Assembly: GCF_006345805.1 (NCBI RefSeq)
Contig: NC_043001.1
Coordinates: forward strand, 86,552,001 to 86,616,000
DNA length: 64,000 nucleotides
From: Octopus sinensis
Taxonomy: Eukaryota
Reading direction: 5' to 3'
The notes beneath the pieces were generated by a model. The model was not told the origin of the DNA. It did no database searches and worked only from the letters and a program-made list of their open reading frames with translations. Numbering within the stretch: the first letter of the stretch is position 1; each line of letters opens with the position of its first letter. This document shows positions 38,590 to 51,010 of this stretch, in pieces. Position numbers and translations under genes: made by a program.

Positions 38590-39070
38590 ATAATAAAAAT
38601 AATAATGAGATTATTGTATACAGTGCTCAGGTGCACCACAACTTGTCAAAAGTGCATATAAAGCATATGCAGTAATGTACAAATGTCTGGGAACAGTGTA
38701 TGAGTCAGATACATGCTTGCGTGTGTATGGAGGGGAGAAAATCAGGTGTAGTGTTGGCAAATCTCAGGAAGCATGGAAGTTTTGAAGAGTGCAGTGCTCC
38801 GACAACTAACAACTGATGCTGGCAGTTTGTTCCATGCTTCAGCAACTCTTAGCATGAAAAAATGTTTCCGAAAGTCATGGGAGCTGTGCTGTTTTCTGAC
38901 TTTGTAAACATGTCCATGGGTGTTAGACAGATGGAGTTTGAAAAGGTGCTCAGAGTTATTGTTGGTAAGATGGTTAATAATTTTATGGGTGTCGGCCAAG
39001 TCAGCTGCCAGATGTCAGAGTTCCAATATATCCATGCCCAGGGAAGTAAGGCATTCAGAATATGGCAAGG
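38590..39070 (-). mobile_element. CR1-clade LINE 3' end
   Basis: THGHVYKVRKQHSSHDFRKHFF.LRVAEAWNKLPASVV, followed by a 3' UTR and (att)n tail. Confidence 0.8.
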
Positions 39071-39767
39071 GAAAGAATAAAAGGCAAAATCACCCATAGC
39101 AGCATTTGAACTCCGAATGTAATGCTGGAAGAAACAGCACTAAGCATTTTGTCCAGCAAGCTAACAATTCTGCCAGCTCACGGCGATAAAAATGTCTGCT
39201 TTACAGAATGAGTACATCTGCACCCAAATGAAAGCTATGTCCGTTTAAGTGATTCTCTGTCTGTCTCCCTCTTTCTCCCCTTACCTCTGTCTCTCTCTCT
39301 CTCTCTCCTAAATATAAATTATCCACATCTTGCATTGCAGACCATAGTAGCAGCTGAGTCTTGAAGAAAAAGGGAAACGGAAGTGTCTTTATGAACTATG
39401 CATTTTTTTTAGTAATTTCAGCTTGAGGTAGTAACATTGCGTGAAGTGTTGATAGAAATAGAGCAACCTAGTGCTGAATTTTTATAGACTTATCAATGCT
39501 AATTATAACCAGCAATATCTTATATTGCAGAATAACTTCTTTTCTGTAATAGCCACACTATAAATATCTCACCAGTTTAATTAACCCTTCTGATACCAAC
39601 CCACCTGAGGCTTTCTTCAGGTCCATGATACAAACCTTCCATTAAAATTTCATGTTAAAATTATGTTCTAAACACCAGCTTAATAATGACAAAATTGCCT
39701 AACTAAATTCTTTATTATTTTTAAAATTAATTAAAACAAAGGCAGTGTATAGTATATAGGCGTAGGA

Positions 39768-39975
39768 GTGGCTGTGTGGTAAGTAGCTTGCTTATGAACT
39801 ACATGGTTCCGTGTTCAGTCCCATTGCGTGGCACCTTGGGCAAGTGTCTTCCACTATAGCCTCGGGCCAACCAAAGCCTTGTGAGTGGATTTGGTAGACG
39901 GAAACTGAAAGACGCCTGTCGTGTGTGTGTGTGTATATATATATATAATATATATATATGTGTATGTGTGTGTGA
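39768..39975 (+). mobile_element. SINE family B, 5' part, followed by a family C-like head
   Basis: ggcgtaggagtggctgtgtggtaag... Confidence 0.8.
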
Positions 39976-40276
39976 AGATGCATGGCTCAGTGGTTAGAGC
40001 ATCAAGCTTACAATCGTGAGGTTGTGAGTTCGAATCCCGGACCAGGCTGCATGTTGTGTTCTTGTGCAAGAGACTTTATTTTACATTGCTCCAGTTCACT
40101 CAGCTGTAGAAATGAGTTGCAACATCACAGGTGCCAAGCTGTATCCAGTTTAACTGCCCCTGTGGCTCTGTTCACACTATACCACTGGTAACTCAGTGCC
40201 TGCAGGGAAAAAAAAAATGTGGGCGATATGAAAACTGGGTGGAGGGAGTAAACGGTTGTCACAAAATGTTTATGGA

Positions 40277-41354
40277 CTTTCTACTTTTCTAATTATGAGA
40301 TCCTTTCTATGTTTCTAATTATGAGATCCTTTCTATGTTTCTAATTATGAGATCCTTTCTACTTTTCTAATTATGAGATCCTTTCTACTTTTCTAATTAA
40401 GAGATCCTTTCTACTTTTCTAACTATGAGATCCTTTCTACTTTTCTAACTATGAGATCCTTTCTACTTTTCTAACTATGAGATCCTTTCTACTTTTCTAA
40501 CTATGAGATCCTTTCTACTTTTCTAACTATGAGATCCTTTCTACTTTTCTAACTATGAGATCCTTTCTACTTTTCTAACTATGAGATCCTTTCTACTTTT
40601 CTAACTATGAGATCCTTTCTACTTTTCTAACTATGAGATCCTTTCTACTTTTCTAACTATGAGATCCTTTCTACTTTCTAACTATGAGATCCTTTCTACT
40701 TTTCTAACTATGAGATCCTTTCTACTTTTCTAACTATGAGATCCTTTCTACTTTTCTAACTATGAGATCCTTTCTACTTTTCTAACTATGAGATCCTTTC
40801 TACTTTCTAACTATGAGATCCTTTCTACTTTCTAACTATGAGATCCTTTCTACTTTTCTAACTATGAGATCCTTTCTACTTTTCTAACTATGAGATCCTT
40901 TCTACTTTTCTAACTATGAGATCCTTTCTACTTTTCTAACTATGAGATCCTTTCTACTTTTCTAACTATGAGATCCTTTCTACTTTTCTAACTATGAGAT
41001 CCTTTCTACTTTTCTAACTATGAGATCCTTTCTACTTTTCTAACTATGAGATCCTTTCTACTTTTCTAACTATGAGATCCTTTCTACTTTTCTAACTATG
41101 AGATCCTTTCTACTTTTCTAACTATGAGATCCTTTCTACTTTTCTAACTATGAGATCCTTTCTACTTTTCTAACTATGAGATCCTTTCTACTTTTCTAAC
41201 TATGAGATCCTTTCTACTTTTCTAACTATGAGATCCTTTCTACTTTTCTAACTATGAGATCCTTTCTACTTTCTAACTATGAGATCCTTTCTACTTTTCT
41301 AACTATGAGATCCTTTCTACTTTTCTAACTATGAGATCCTTTCTACTTTTCTAA
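40277..41354. repeat. 26-bp minisatellite, about 41 copies (ctaactatgagatcctttctactttt)
   Basis: Directly visible and highly homogeneous; variant units only at the 5' end. Confidence 0.97.
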
Positions 41355-41479
41355 GCCAAATTTTTGATTGTTTTCTTTCAGCAGAAATACATCTGATAAT
41401 TAGCAATCAATTAAATGATTTTATTATTGTATTTTTTTTTAGGTTTCTTCCCTGAAAGCAAGAAATTTAACTCTGCAAG

Positions 41480-41486
41480 ATGTCTG
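41480..41486 (+). CDS. Gelsolin-like protein, coding exon 1 (ATG TCT G; exon including UTR 41443-41486)
   Basis: Acceptor ttttttttttag ends at 41442 and donor G|gtatgt is at 41487. The phase-1 join to 55064 gives M-S-G-L-V-K-A-K, the characteristic N-terminus of invertebrate gelsolin-like proteins. Confidence 0.85.
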
Positions 41487-42785
41487 GTATGTTGAAATTA
41501 CATTCCTTGATTACATTATGAGAATTTATTTATTTATTTATGAGAAACTTTGAGAGATATGAAATAAATAACTGTAATGGTGAGATTTGAAGTAGATAAA
41601 GTTAGGGGTTTTCAACCCAATATTCTGCATGCTATTACTTATTGCTTTATCTACTCTGAGTTCCCCTGTTAAAATGATTTATTACATTCATTGATTTTAT
41701 TGCTAAGAAATAGTTAGTTTCTTGGCAGCAAGGCTGATTCATTATGACAGTAAAATTATTCCAAATTTTTGTGTCTATATTTTTAACAAGCAAAACACCC
41801 CTCGTCCAATGGATGGTGCTGAGTTGTCAAACATTTAAACCAAATTTTCTCAAAACAACTTGTCCACCCGCCCCATAGGCATCCCCTTTGAGAAACACTG
41901 ATTTAACCTAAATTTGAGAAACCAGCAAAAGAAGAAATAAAGATAGAATTTTTTTCTATTCCAAAGAAAAACGATTTTATTCACACAGGTATGCAGCCGA
42001 TGAGTTTAAAGTACCAGTAATGCTAAGGCTGTTGACTGGGAGAGCACAAACATGACTTAAACAGTAAGCTTGGCAGGAAAGAAACGTGCCTTTAAGCAGT
42101 ACAAAAACAACAAAAAATGGAAGGTGCGGTTATGTACAGGTTGACAGAAGAAAAGCACGTTCCCATGGTTTTATCGATCGCATTCTCACCTGGAATCGAT
42201 TTTTGTAATTTTTTCAAGGCTTATACACGCCCTGATACCGTCGGTATCTACATATCAAATTTGAGCGCAATTGGATGGATGTCCAAGATCCTAGAAGACA
42301 CACACACACAGACAGAACGGATTTTACATATTAGATAAATGTTCTCTGCTATTGTGGTTCAATTTCCAAGAATTTGACAGTTTTGTAAAATAACTATAAC
42401 TGTTTTTTAAAACATTGTTGATGCATGCTCGCATGCGCAAGCACACACACACACACACACACACTCACACAGTGAAATGCAACTCTAGAACTTCTCCATA
42501 CACACTTTATAGATGTCACCCTATTGAAGTTCAACTTGAACTTCAACAATCTCAACCAGATTAATCTGAGAAGGCTTACAAAGCTTAACACTGACCTGCC
42601 ATTACTGCTTTCTATTTTCACAAATGTAATTATAGAAAATAACTATAAATAGGCATTTTGTAAAGCTACTTCAAATCATGACCATTTTGATACCAACCTG
42701 CCTGAGCCCATCCAGGTTCTTGAATACAAACTTCCAGTTTTAAAGTGATCGAAATCAAAACCTTCCATCATAATTTCATGTTAAT

Positions 42786-43595
42786 TTGTCCTGAAGATTA
42801 ATAATGACATTTTTACTGAATTCTTTATTATTTTTTTAATTAATGGAAACAAAGCAAGGATACATTAAACAATGTAATTATGGTTGTATACAAAGATGAG
42901 ATGTTCACATTGAAGATACTTATGATTATTGCTTTACAAGCAGTGTAGCCCAGCATTGCTCGGATTTGTTTTCTTTTCAACTCTTTAGAATTGGAATTTT
43001 TGAAAAGTAAAAGTTTTGCTATATATAGCTTGTTATTCTCTTTAAGTAAACATTTTTCTGGTTGAAATACACCAAAAAATGGTGATACAGCAGTCAAAAA
43101 ATCGTAAAAAATAAGGATTTTCATAGATAAAAGGCACCTTTTTGATGTAAATAATTTTTGGTGTTAACATGGTCCGATTTGAATTTTTTCTTTTGTCCTA
43201 AGATTAATAATGAGCATTTTTACTTAATTCTTTATTATTTTTTTTTAATTAAGGAAACAAATCAAGGATACCTAAACAATGTATTATGGTTGTATACAAA
43301 GATGAGATGTTCACATTGAAGATACTTATGATTATTGCTTTACAAGCAGTGTAGCCCAGCATTGCTCGGATTTGTTTTCTTTTCAACTCTTTAGAATTGG
43401 ATTTTTGAAAAGTAAAAGTTTTTGCTATATATAGCTTGTTATTCTCTTTAAGTAAACATTTTTCTGGTGAAATACACCAAAAAATGGTGATACAGCAGTC
43501 AAAAATCGTAAAAAATAAGGATTTTCATAGATAAAGGCACCTTTTTGTAAATAATTTTTGGTGTTAACATGGTCCGATTTGAATTTTTTCTTTTG
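42786..43595. repeat. About 405-bp tandem duplication
   Basis: 42786-43192 is repeated at 43193-43595 with many 1-bp indels. Confidence 0.9.
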
Positions 43596-43849
43596 CAGAA
43601 TGAAGAGCAAGCCTTCTTCTATCATACTCTTAAGTTTGGTCAACTTGCGCTGTAGGGTCTTGGAGGAGATAGTGTTAGTTGAAGGTTACCAAACCTGCCA
43701 CACACGCACACAGACAACTTCAGCTTTATATATATAGACTGACATGGGGTTAAACAGTAACAACACTATATAGTTGTTTCATCAGCTGTGAGCTCTATAA
43801 CTGTTGGACCATTTCAATTTAGCCCTTTCATTGTCTTCTTTATCTTTTA

Positions 43850-44050
43850 ACTCTTTTACTTGTTTCAGTCATTTTGACTGCAGCCATGTTGGAGCACCGC
43901 CTTTAGTTGAGCAAATTGACCCCAGGACTTATTCTTTGTAAGCCTAGTACTTATTTCATAGGACTCTTTTGCCGAATCACTAAGTTACGGGGACATAAAC
44001 ACACCAGCATCGGTTGTCAGGCGATGTTGGGGGGACAAACACCCATACCC

Positions 44051-44084
<34 letters not shown>

Positions 44085-44245
44085 GACGGTCTTCTTTCAG
44101 TTTCCGTCTACCAAATCCACTCACAAGACTTTGGTCGGCCAGAGGCTAAAGTAGAAGACAATTGCCCAAGGTGCCACACAGGGGGACTGAACCCAGAACC
44201 ATGTGGTTGGTAAGCAAGCTACTTACCACACAGCCACTCCTGCGC
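43850..44245 (-). mobile_element. SINE family B in gelsolin intron 1
   Basis: Full reverse-complement copy. Confidence 0.85.
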
Positions 44246-46079
44246 CTTACTGTATTTATTTTGAGATACTCTGTGTTTCTTTCAATTACTTTAAATACAA
44301 CAAAGAATTTAGTAAAAAGACTTAGTTATTATTCAGCTAGTATTAGGAACATAGTGACTAAGGTTTGGTAGATTTTAATTCAAAACTTATGTAAACAAGA
44401 CATTTTTACTCAGAGCAAGAGCCAGTTTCAACCAGGTTGGTAACAAAAGGGTTAACTATGTTTCATACTCAAGCTTGAAATGTGACAGGCTCTCATAGAC
44501 TGACTTATCAGGATGTACAAAATCTTTTCATTCTAACTTTTCATCCCAGCATGGCATCAACTTCTTGCAGTAACAAGTAGAAATTATTACCAGTATTATG
44601 CTGGTGTTTTTGAATCCTTATCTAATCTATAATTTAACTAGTAGAGAGGAGGCAATGCCCTCCGTCTATCCAGAACATCTGGGTCCCAGTGCTATAACTT
44701 GGGTTATCAGCACCTGGAGGAGGTGAGTGTAGTTGAGAATGAATAGCCTCTACATTATTTACTATTACTACTTTGTTTCTGTTTTCTTTATTTCTAAATT
44801 TTGCACCCTAAGAATTTTACATCCAGGTTAACTGCCCCTGTGGCTCTGTTCACACTATACCACTAGTAACTCAGTGCCTGCTGGCAAAAAAAATAACTGT
44901 GGGTGATATGAAAGCTGGGTGGAGGGAGTAAATGGTTGTCACAAAATGTTTATTGTGGTGACTATTGTTTTACTGTCCTCCTACTTATTTGTTTTCAGCA
45001 AAATATAAGGGGGAGAACAACAAAGAAGTCTTTGTCAGAGTTATATCTTCCCTTTCCTAAGTGTTAACAGTTGTACTAAATCAATAATTATAACATATCT
45101 TTACAAAACTTCTGCTCCACTTAATACAGGAAATAAATAAGATGGCTGTTTTTATCTCATGGCAACAAATATCTGTTAATGCATCAAAAATGTTGCTCTT
45201 TGGCATGGCAACACCCTGTTTATTACTTAACTAAAGCATAATTTAGTCTGTTGATCTATTTAACATATGAAATTCTTTATCTATATGACTGTTTTTATAA
45301 ATTTCACCCTCATACATAATCAGTTTCTCTCTTCCTCCAAGTACAGTGTAAAGTAATACTGTTTATCTTGGTGTTACTCTGGTAACAGACTCACATGGGT
45401 GACTAATTAGGAAACAAGGAATGTAATTTTAAGAGAAGCCTACTAGATTTACTGTAAACAACTGGCATGACCATATATGTAGATATATTTTCTCACTGCC
45501 TATTTCAGCTGACTAACTTGTAAAGAAAGTTAGGCTGACCTTGTTGGCTATAAAAAGCTTTAAATATTTTTCCTCTCTGACTCAACCTTACCTTACTTGC
45601 CTCCCTCCTCTTTTTGCTCCAGACTTGCTGGTTATATTTCCAATTCTAGTTTAAAAAAACAAGCAAACTGCCTTTTTTGTTGCATCTCACCCCTTTCCAC
45701 TAAGTCTCCTTAAAATCCCTTTTCCTCTTCCTTAAATATTTCTGAGGTGTTCTGACTAAAAGATGTTATTTTTTTCCCCCTTCCTTGAATTCCTAACATT
45801 ATTTCTATGAATTCATTTAGTCACTGAATAAAACCTACTCTCTCACCCATTCATTCACGCTTAACTTTAAAATAGACATGCTGCTTAAATGCAAAAGTGA
45901 ATTCATGTTTTATGCACAATTGCATGGGCATGACAGTGTAGTCTAGAAGTTTGTTTCACAACCGTGTGGTTTTGGCTTCCATCCCACTGTGCAGCCCCTT
46001 GGGCAAGTGTCTTCTACCTATAAACCCAGGCAAACTAATACCTTGTAAGTGAATTTGGTAGACAGAAATTGTATAGAAG

Positions 46080-46285
46080 CCCACCATGTATGTATGTATG
46101 TATATATATATATATATATATATATAATTTAGATTCAGATGAATATGGTACTTAAGTTGAGGCACCAGAATTTAGTATGGTATTATCCATACAATTTCAA
46201 AATAAGGTGATTAAAATCAAAATAAGCTACAAGAATATCCAGGGGTACTGCATTACCTCTGGATATCCTTGTTGCTTATTTTGAT

Positions 46286-46341
<56 letters not shown>

Positions 46342-46365
46342 ATGTATATATATATGTATATATAC

Positions 46366-46409
<44 letters not shown>

Positions 46410-46421
46410 ATGTATACATAC

Positions 46422-46467
<46 letters not shown>

Positions 46468-46473
46468 ACATAC

Positions 46474-46523
<50 letters not shown>

Positions 46524-46560
46524 ATGTATATATATATGTATATATACATACATACATACT
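46080..46560. repeat. Compound (TA)n/(TATG)n/(TACA)n microsatellites
   Basis: Directly visible. Confidence 0.9.
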
Positions 46561-47361
46561 CTTTCTCTCTCTTTCTTACTCTTATTTGTTTCAGTCATTT
46601 GACTGCAGCCATGCTGAAGCACCGACTTTAGTTGAACAAATCAACCCCAGGATGATAAACGTCACCCTTTTCAAGCCTAGCCAGGCTCATGGGCCCGATT
46701 TCCCAGTTTCTGTGGTGTATGTGTTCCCCCCAGCTGGATGGGACACTAGTCCATTGCAGGATTACTCAAGAAACAGGAAGAGAGCGAGAGAAAGTTGGGG
46801 CGAAAGAGTACAACAGGGGTCGCCACCACCCCTGCTGGAGCATCGTGGAGCTTTTAGGTGTTTTCGCTCAATAGACACACACAATGCCCGGTTTGGGAAT
46901 CGAAACTGCGATCCTCCGACCGCGAGTCTGCTGCCCTAACCACTGGGCCATTGCGCCTCCTATTCTTTGTAAGCCTAGAATTCTATCAGTCTCTTTTTGC
47001 AAACCACTAAGTTATGGGTTTGTAAACACACCAGCATCAGTTGTCAAGCGATGGTGGGCGACAGACGCACACACATATATATGATGGGCTTCTTTCAGTT
47101 TCTGTCTACCAAATCCACTCACAAGGCTTTGGTCAGCCTGAGTCTATAGTAGTGGGACTGAACCCAAAACCATTTAATTGCAGCCATACTAGGACACTAC
47201 CTAGAAAGCTTTTAGTTGAACAACTCAACAGTTAGCCTTAAATTTATTGAGTTAATTTTTTTAATTGTAGAGTTCCTAATAAAAGCTATTATTTTTAGTT
47301 TTTAAATCTAAATATTTAAAAATTTTAACTATAGCTGCAATATTTTAATTATAGATATACT

Positions 47362-47506
47362 TGTCCTGTACTTTTCCAGGTGTAATAACCTATCCTGTAC
47401 TTTTCCAGGTGTAATAACCTATCCTGTACTTTTCCAGGTGTAATAACCTGTCATGTACTTTTCTAGGTGTAATAACTTGTCCTGTACTTTTCCAGGTTTA
47501 ATAACT
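47362..47506. repeat. 29-bp tandem repeat x5 (tatcctgtacttttccaggtgtaataacc)
   Basis: Directly visible. Confidence 0.95.
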
Positions 47507-48692
47507 TAAGAATATTAGCCTCTATGCATCCGCATTTTTCATTGTAATATCAGTGTTGCTTTGCTGAACTGATAGAATAAGTACTATGTGTAAAATAAAG
47601 TACTGGGGTTGATTTGATCAACTAGGGGATCAACAAGGTGGTGCTCCAGGATGGGTGAAGTCTATTGACTAAAACAAGTAAGTAATATACAATGGCCTTT
47701 CATGCTTGTATATAGTGCATTTTTATGTGAGAGGAGACATACACTGATCAATTTTGTAAACCATCAGTAAAAACTGCTACTGAAAGCCTGAACATTCAAA
47801 CTGTTGATAGGACCTAATTACCAGTGTGCTAGTTGAATATATTGTCATTGATCTCATAACCATTCTGTATAACAGTTTATTGGTTGCTGGTAACAGCTGT
47901 ATCTGAAATGATGTTATCATAGCTGGACTCCTGTCCAATGCTGTTATATCTCTTGTGACTAACACTACCATGTCAACTACCTTTGCTGTATTGACCAGTA
48001 CACTATAACCTGATAATGCATCTTTGGACTGTCATCTAGTCCTGCTGCTCACCACTAGACTGCATGCCCATAATTACTATTAACAATTTCAGTTAGTAAG
48101 CTCCTTTATATCACTTTTTAAAAATTATTGTGCAAATTAATATAACATTGATCTGAATCACTAATTAATTTGAATGGTGAGGATGTAGGCATATGTATTG
48201 ACACCAGCTGATTGATCCAAAAATTAATGATGTTGGCATGTCAATTACTCCTAATATATCTGATCAAATGAACAGTTGTTGACAGCAAACTGCCAATTTG
48301 AGGATCTACATCCGAGTCACTGAAGTACTTTGAATATAACACCATGAGGTATTTGCTAACACTAAAGAAGTTCATGTTGAGTGTCTTTTGCAATGCAAGG
48401 TATGATTTGACAATAATTTGGCTAGTATTTCTAGCAAGTCCAGTAGCCACAAAGAGGTTCCATAATTGGCTCATTTCCATATTTAAGAAGCTGATAGCTT
48501 GTTATTTGGAGGAGGTTTGTCTATTATTTCTATCAAGTTGAGCAACCACATACAGGTACCATTCTATGAAAACACTGTAAATTTGATAAGAAAATAACTG
48601 GTAAATGATGTAATAATAATTGTTGTTGTCAGTAATGTAGAGGCTAGTGAAGTAACTACTTTGTATCTGGTAAAGAGGAGAAAAAGAATTTA

Positions 48693-48783
<91 letters not shown>

Positions 48784-48785
<2 letters not shown>

Positions 48786-50413
48786 GTTGCGGCCAAAATG
48801 TTCAGAACGGCATTGTTTTCGTCAGAAAAGTAGGTATAAGTTTTTATCAAAGCTGTTTTATATTCTATAATTTTCACAGACAATAAATACAATATGATTT
48901 GTTATTGTCTGAGATTTTGGTGTAATTTGAGAGGATAATAAAAAACTTATGGATGATTTAGTGATTTACTGCAAAACCCATGGCGGCCAAAATGATCAGA
49001 ACGGTTGCTTTTACTCCATGTTTTAGTATATTTAACCATCGAACTCTAATGTTTTGAATTTGTTTACGTGACAGTTCGCTTACTAAACATTAGTAAGAAT
49101 ATCTGCAGTGTACTTTGTTAATATAATGCCACTTACTCTGTTACCAATTCGTCAGCAGATTATTAAGCTTCGAAAGAAGGATAATTTAAGTATTTGGTTT
49201 ATTGCAAAGATTGTTAACAAGTCAAAAAGTGTTGTTCACGGTATTCTTAAGGTCTACGATGATTGTGGTTCGTGTGAAGCAAGAAAGTCTACAGGTAGGC
49301 CAAGAAAAACGACCAAGAGAGAAGATCGTGCTATGGTAAAGTTGGTTAAAAAGGACAGATTTAAAACTGCTGCTGCTGTTTTTCAGGAAATGAGCATTGT
49401 ACTGAAGAAAACTTTATCTCGAAAAACTGTGGCTTGTCCTTTAGTTGAACATGACCTACAAGCAAGAGCACCTGCAGTGAAGCCACTGATCAGCTCCAAG
49501 AATAAAAAGTGTCGTCTTACCTTTGCAACCGAACATGTGTTGTGGTCTCATGAAAAATGGCAAACTGTGCATTTCAGTGATGAATCTAAGTCTATGTTAT
49601 TTGGCTCAGATGGGAAAAGGTACGTTTGTCGAAAAGCAGGTGAAAAATTGTCACCTAAATGCCTTAAGACTAGTGTTAAATTCGGTGGAGGAAGTGTCAT
49701 GGTTTGGGGGATGATATCTGGAGATGTTGTGGGCCCTTTGCTGCGATTACATGGAAAGGTAAATGCAGGAGTTTATAAACAACTTGTAAAAGATCATGTC
49801 TTGCCTGTGCTGAGAAATTCAACTAAGCAACCACCCATATTCATGCAGGACAATGCCCCATGTCACAAGGCTAAGGTGGTCATGAACTTCCTCAAGGCTG
49901 AAAAGGTTATTGTTATGGATTGGCCTGCTCAAAGCCCAGACCTCAATCCTATTGAAGATGTGTGGAATATTCAAGGAGAACGTTTGAAAGCCAGAAATCC
50001 TAAAACAACCGAGCAATTATGGAATGCCCTTCAGGAAGAATGGAATAAGATCACCCAGCAAGAAATTGAAAATTTAATTTCCCCATGCAGTCGAAAATGT
50101 CAAAATTTGATTGAAGCTAAAGGGCTTCACACTAAATATGAAATGATTCCAGCATTCTCTGTCACTTTTTGATTATTTTGTTATTTTTTCAATCGTTCTG
50201 ATCATTTTGGCCACCATGGGTTTTGCAGTAAATCACTATATCATCCATAACTTTTGTATTATCCACTCAAATTACACCAAAGTCTCAGACAATACCAATT
50301 AATATTGTATTTATTGTCTGTGAAAATTGTAGAATATAAAACAACTTTAATAAAAACTTATACCTACTTTTCTGACAAAAACAATGCCATTCTGAACATT
50401 TTGGTCGCAACTG
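48784..50413 (+). mobile_element. Full-length Tc1/mariner DNA transposon, IR/DR type, DD34E
   Basis: About 220-bp TIRs (cagttgcggccaaaatgttcagaac... / ...gttctgaacattttggtcgcaactg), each with outer and inner direct repeats. Sits in a (TA)n tract; right flank TA, left flank CA. Confidence 0.95.
49108..50172 (+). CDS. Tc1-family transposase (open ORF, 354 aa; likely ATG at 49126)
   Basis: HTH region with GRPRKT, FSDES, MQDNAPCH and WPAQSPDLNPIE; 34 residues between the second D and E, counted by hand. Confidence 0.92.
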   Translation: MYFVNIMPLTLLPIRQQIIKLRKKDNLSIWFIAKIVNKSKSVVHGILKVYDDCGSCEARKSTGRPRKTTKREDRAMVKLVKKDRFKTAAAVFQEMSIVLKKTLSRKTVACPLVEHDLQARAPAVKPLISSKNKKCRLTFATEHVLWSHEKWQTVHFSDESKSMLFGSDGKRYVCRKAGEKLSPKCLKTSVKFGGGSVMVWGMISGDVVGPLLRLHGKVNAGVYKQLVKDHVLPVLRNSTKQPPIFMQDNAPCHKAKVVMNFLKAEKVIVMDWPAQSPDLNPIEDVWNIQGERLKARNPKTTEQLWNALQEEWNKITQQEIENLISPCSRKCQNLIEAKGLHTKYEMIPAFSVTF

Positions 50414-50786
<373 letters not shown>

Positions 50787-50955
50787 AAGGAGCTTCTACA
50801 GGATTAGAACTGTTTCATTCAAATGAAATCGATGATTTCATTTGAATGAAACAGTTCTAGTCCTGTAGAAGCTCCTTCTATAAAATAAATTAATTTACTC
50901 TGCTATGTATTGAGTACCTTATTTACTGTGGTTAACCACAACTCAACCCGGGACC

Positions 50956-51010
<55 letters not shown>

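Noticed and set aside
39370-39430. ETS-like CGGAAGTG and a nearby donor as the gelsolin promoter
   Set aside because: A single short motif is expected by chance; no other support.
40277-41354. Possible CRISPR array
   Set aside because: Units are contiguous with no unique spacers, there are no cas genes, and the context is eukaryotic.
46227-46939. Long YI/IY/VC-rich ORFs (also 18.5-19.0, 23.4-24.5, 35.1-36.5 and 50.25-50.83 kb)
   Set aside because: Translations of (TA)n/(CA)n microsatellites, which lack stops in some frames; not proteins.
47740-48640. Unique-looking block with short ORFs on both strands, possible nested gene
   Set aside because: Stops in all frames and no convincing splice structure; faint resemblance to an old LINE RT region, too weak to call.
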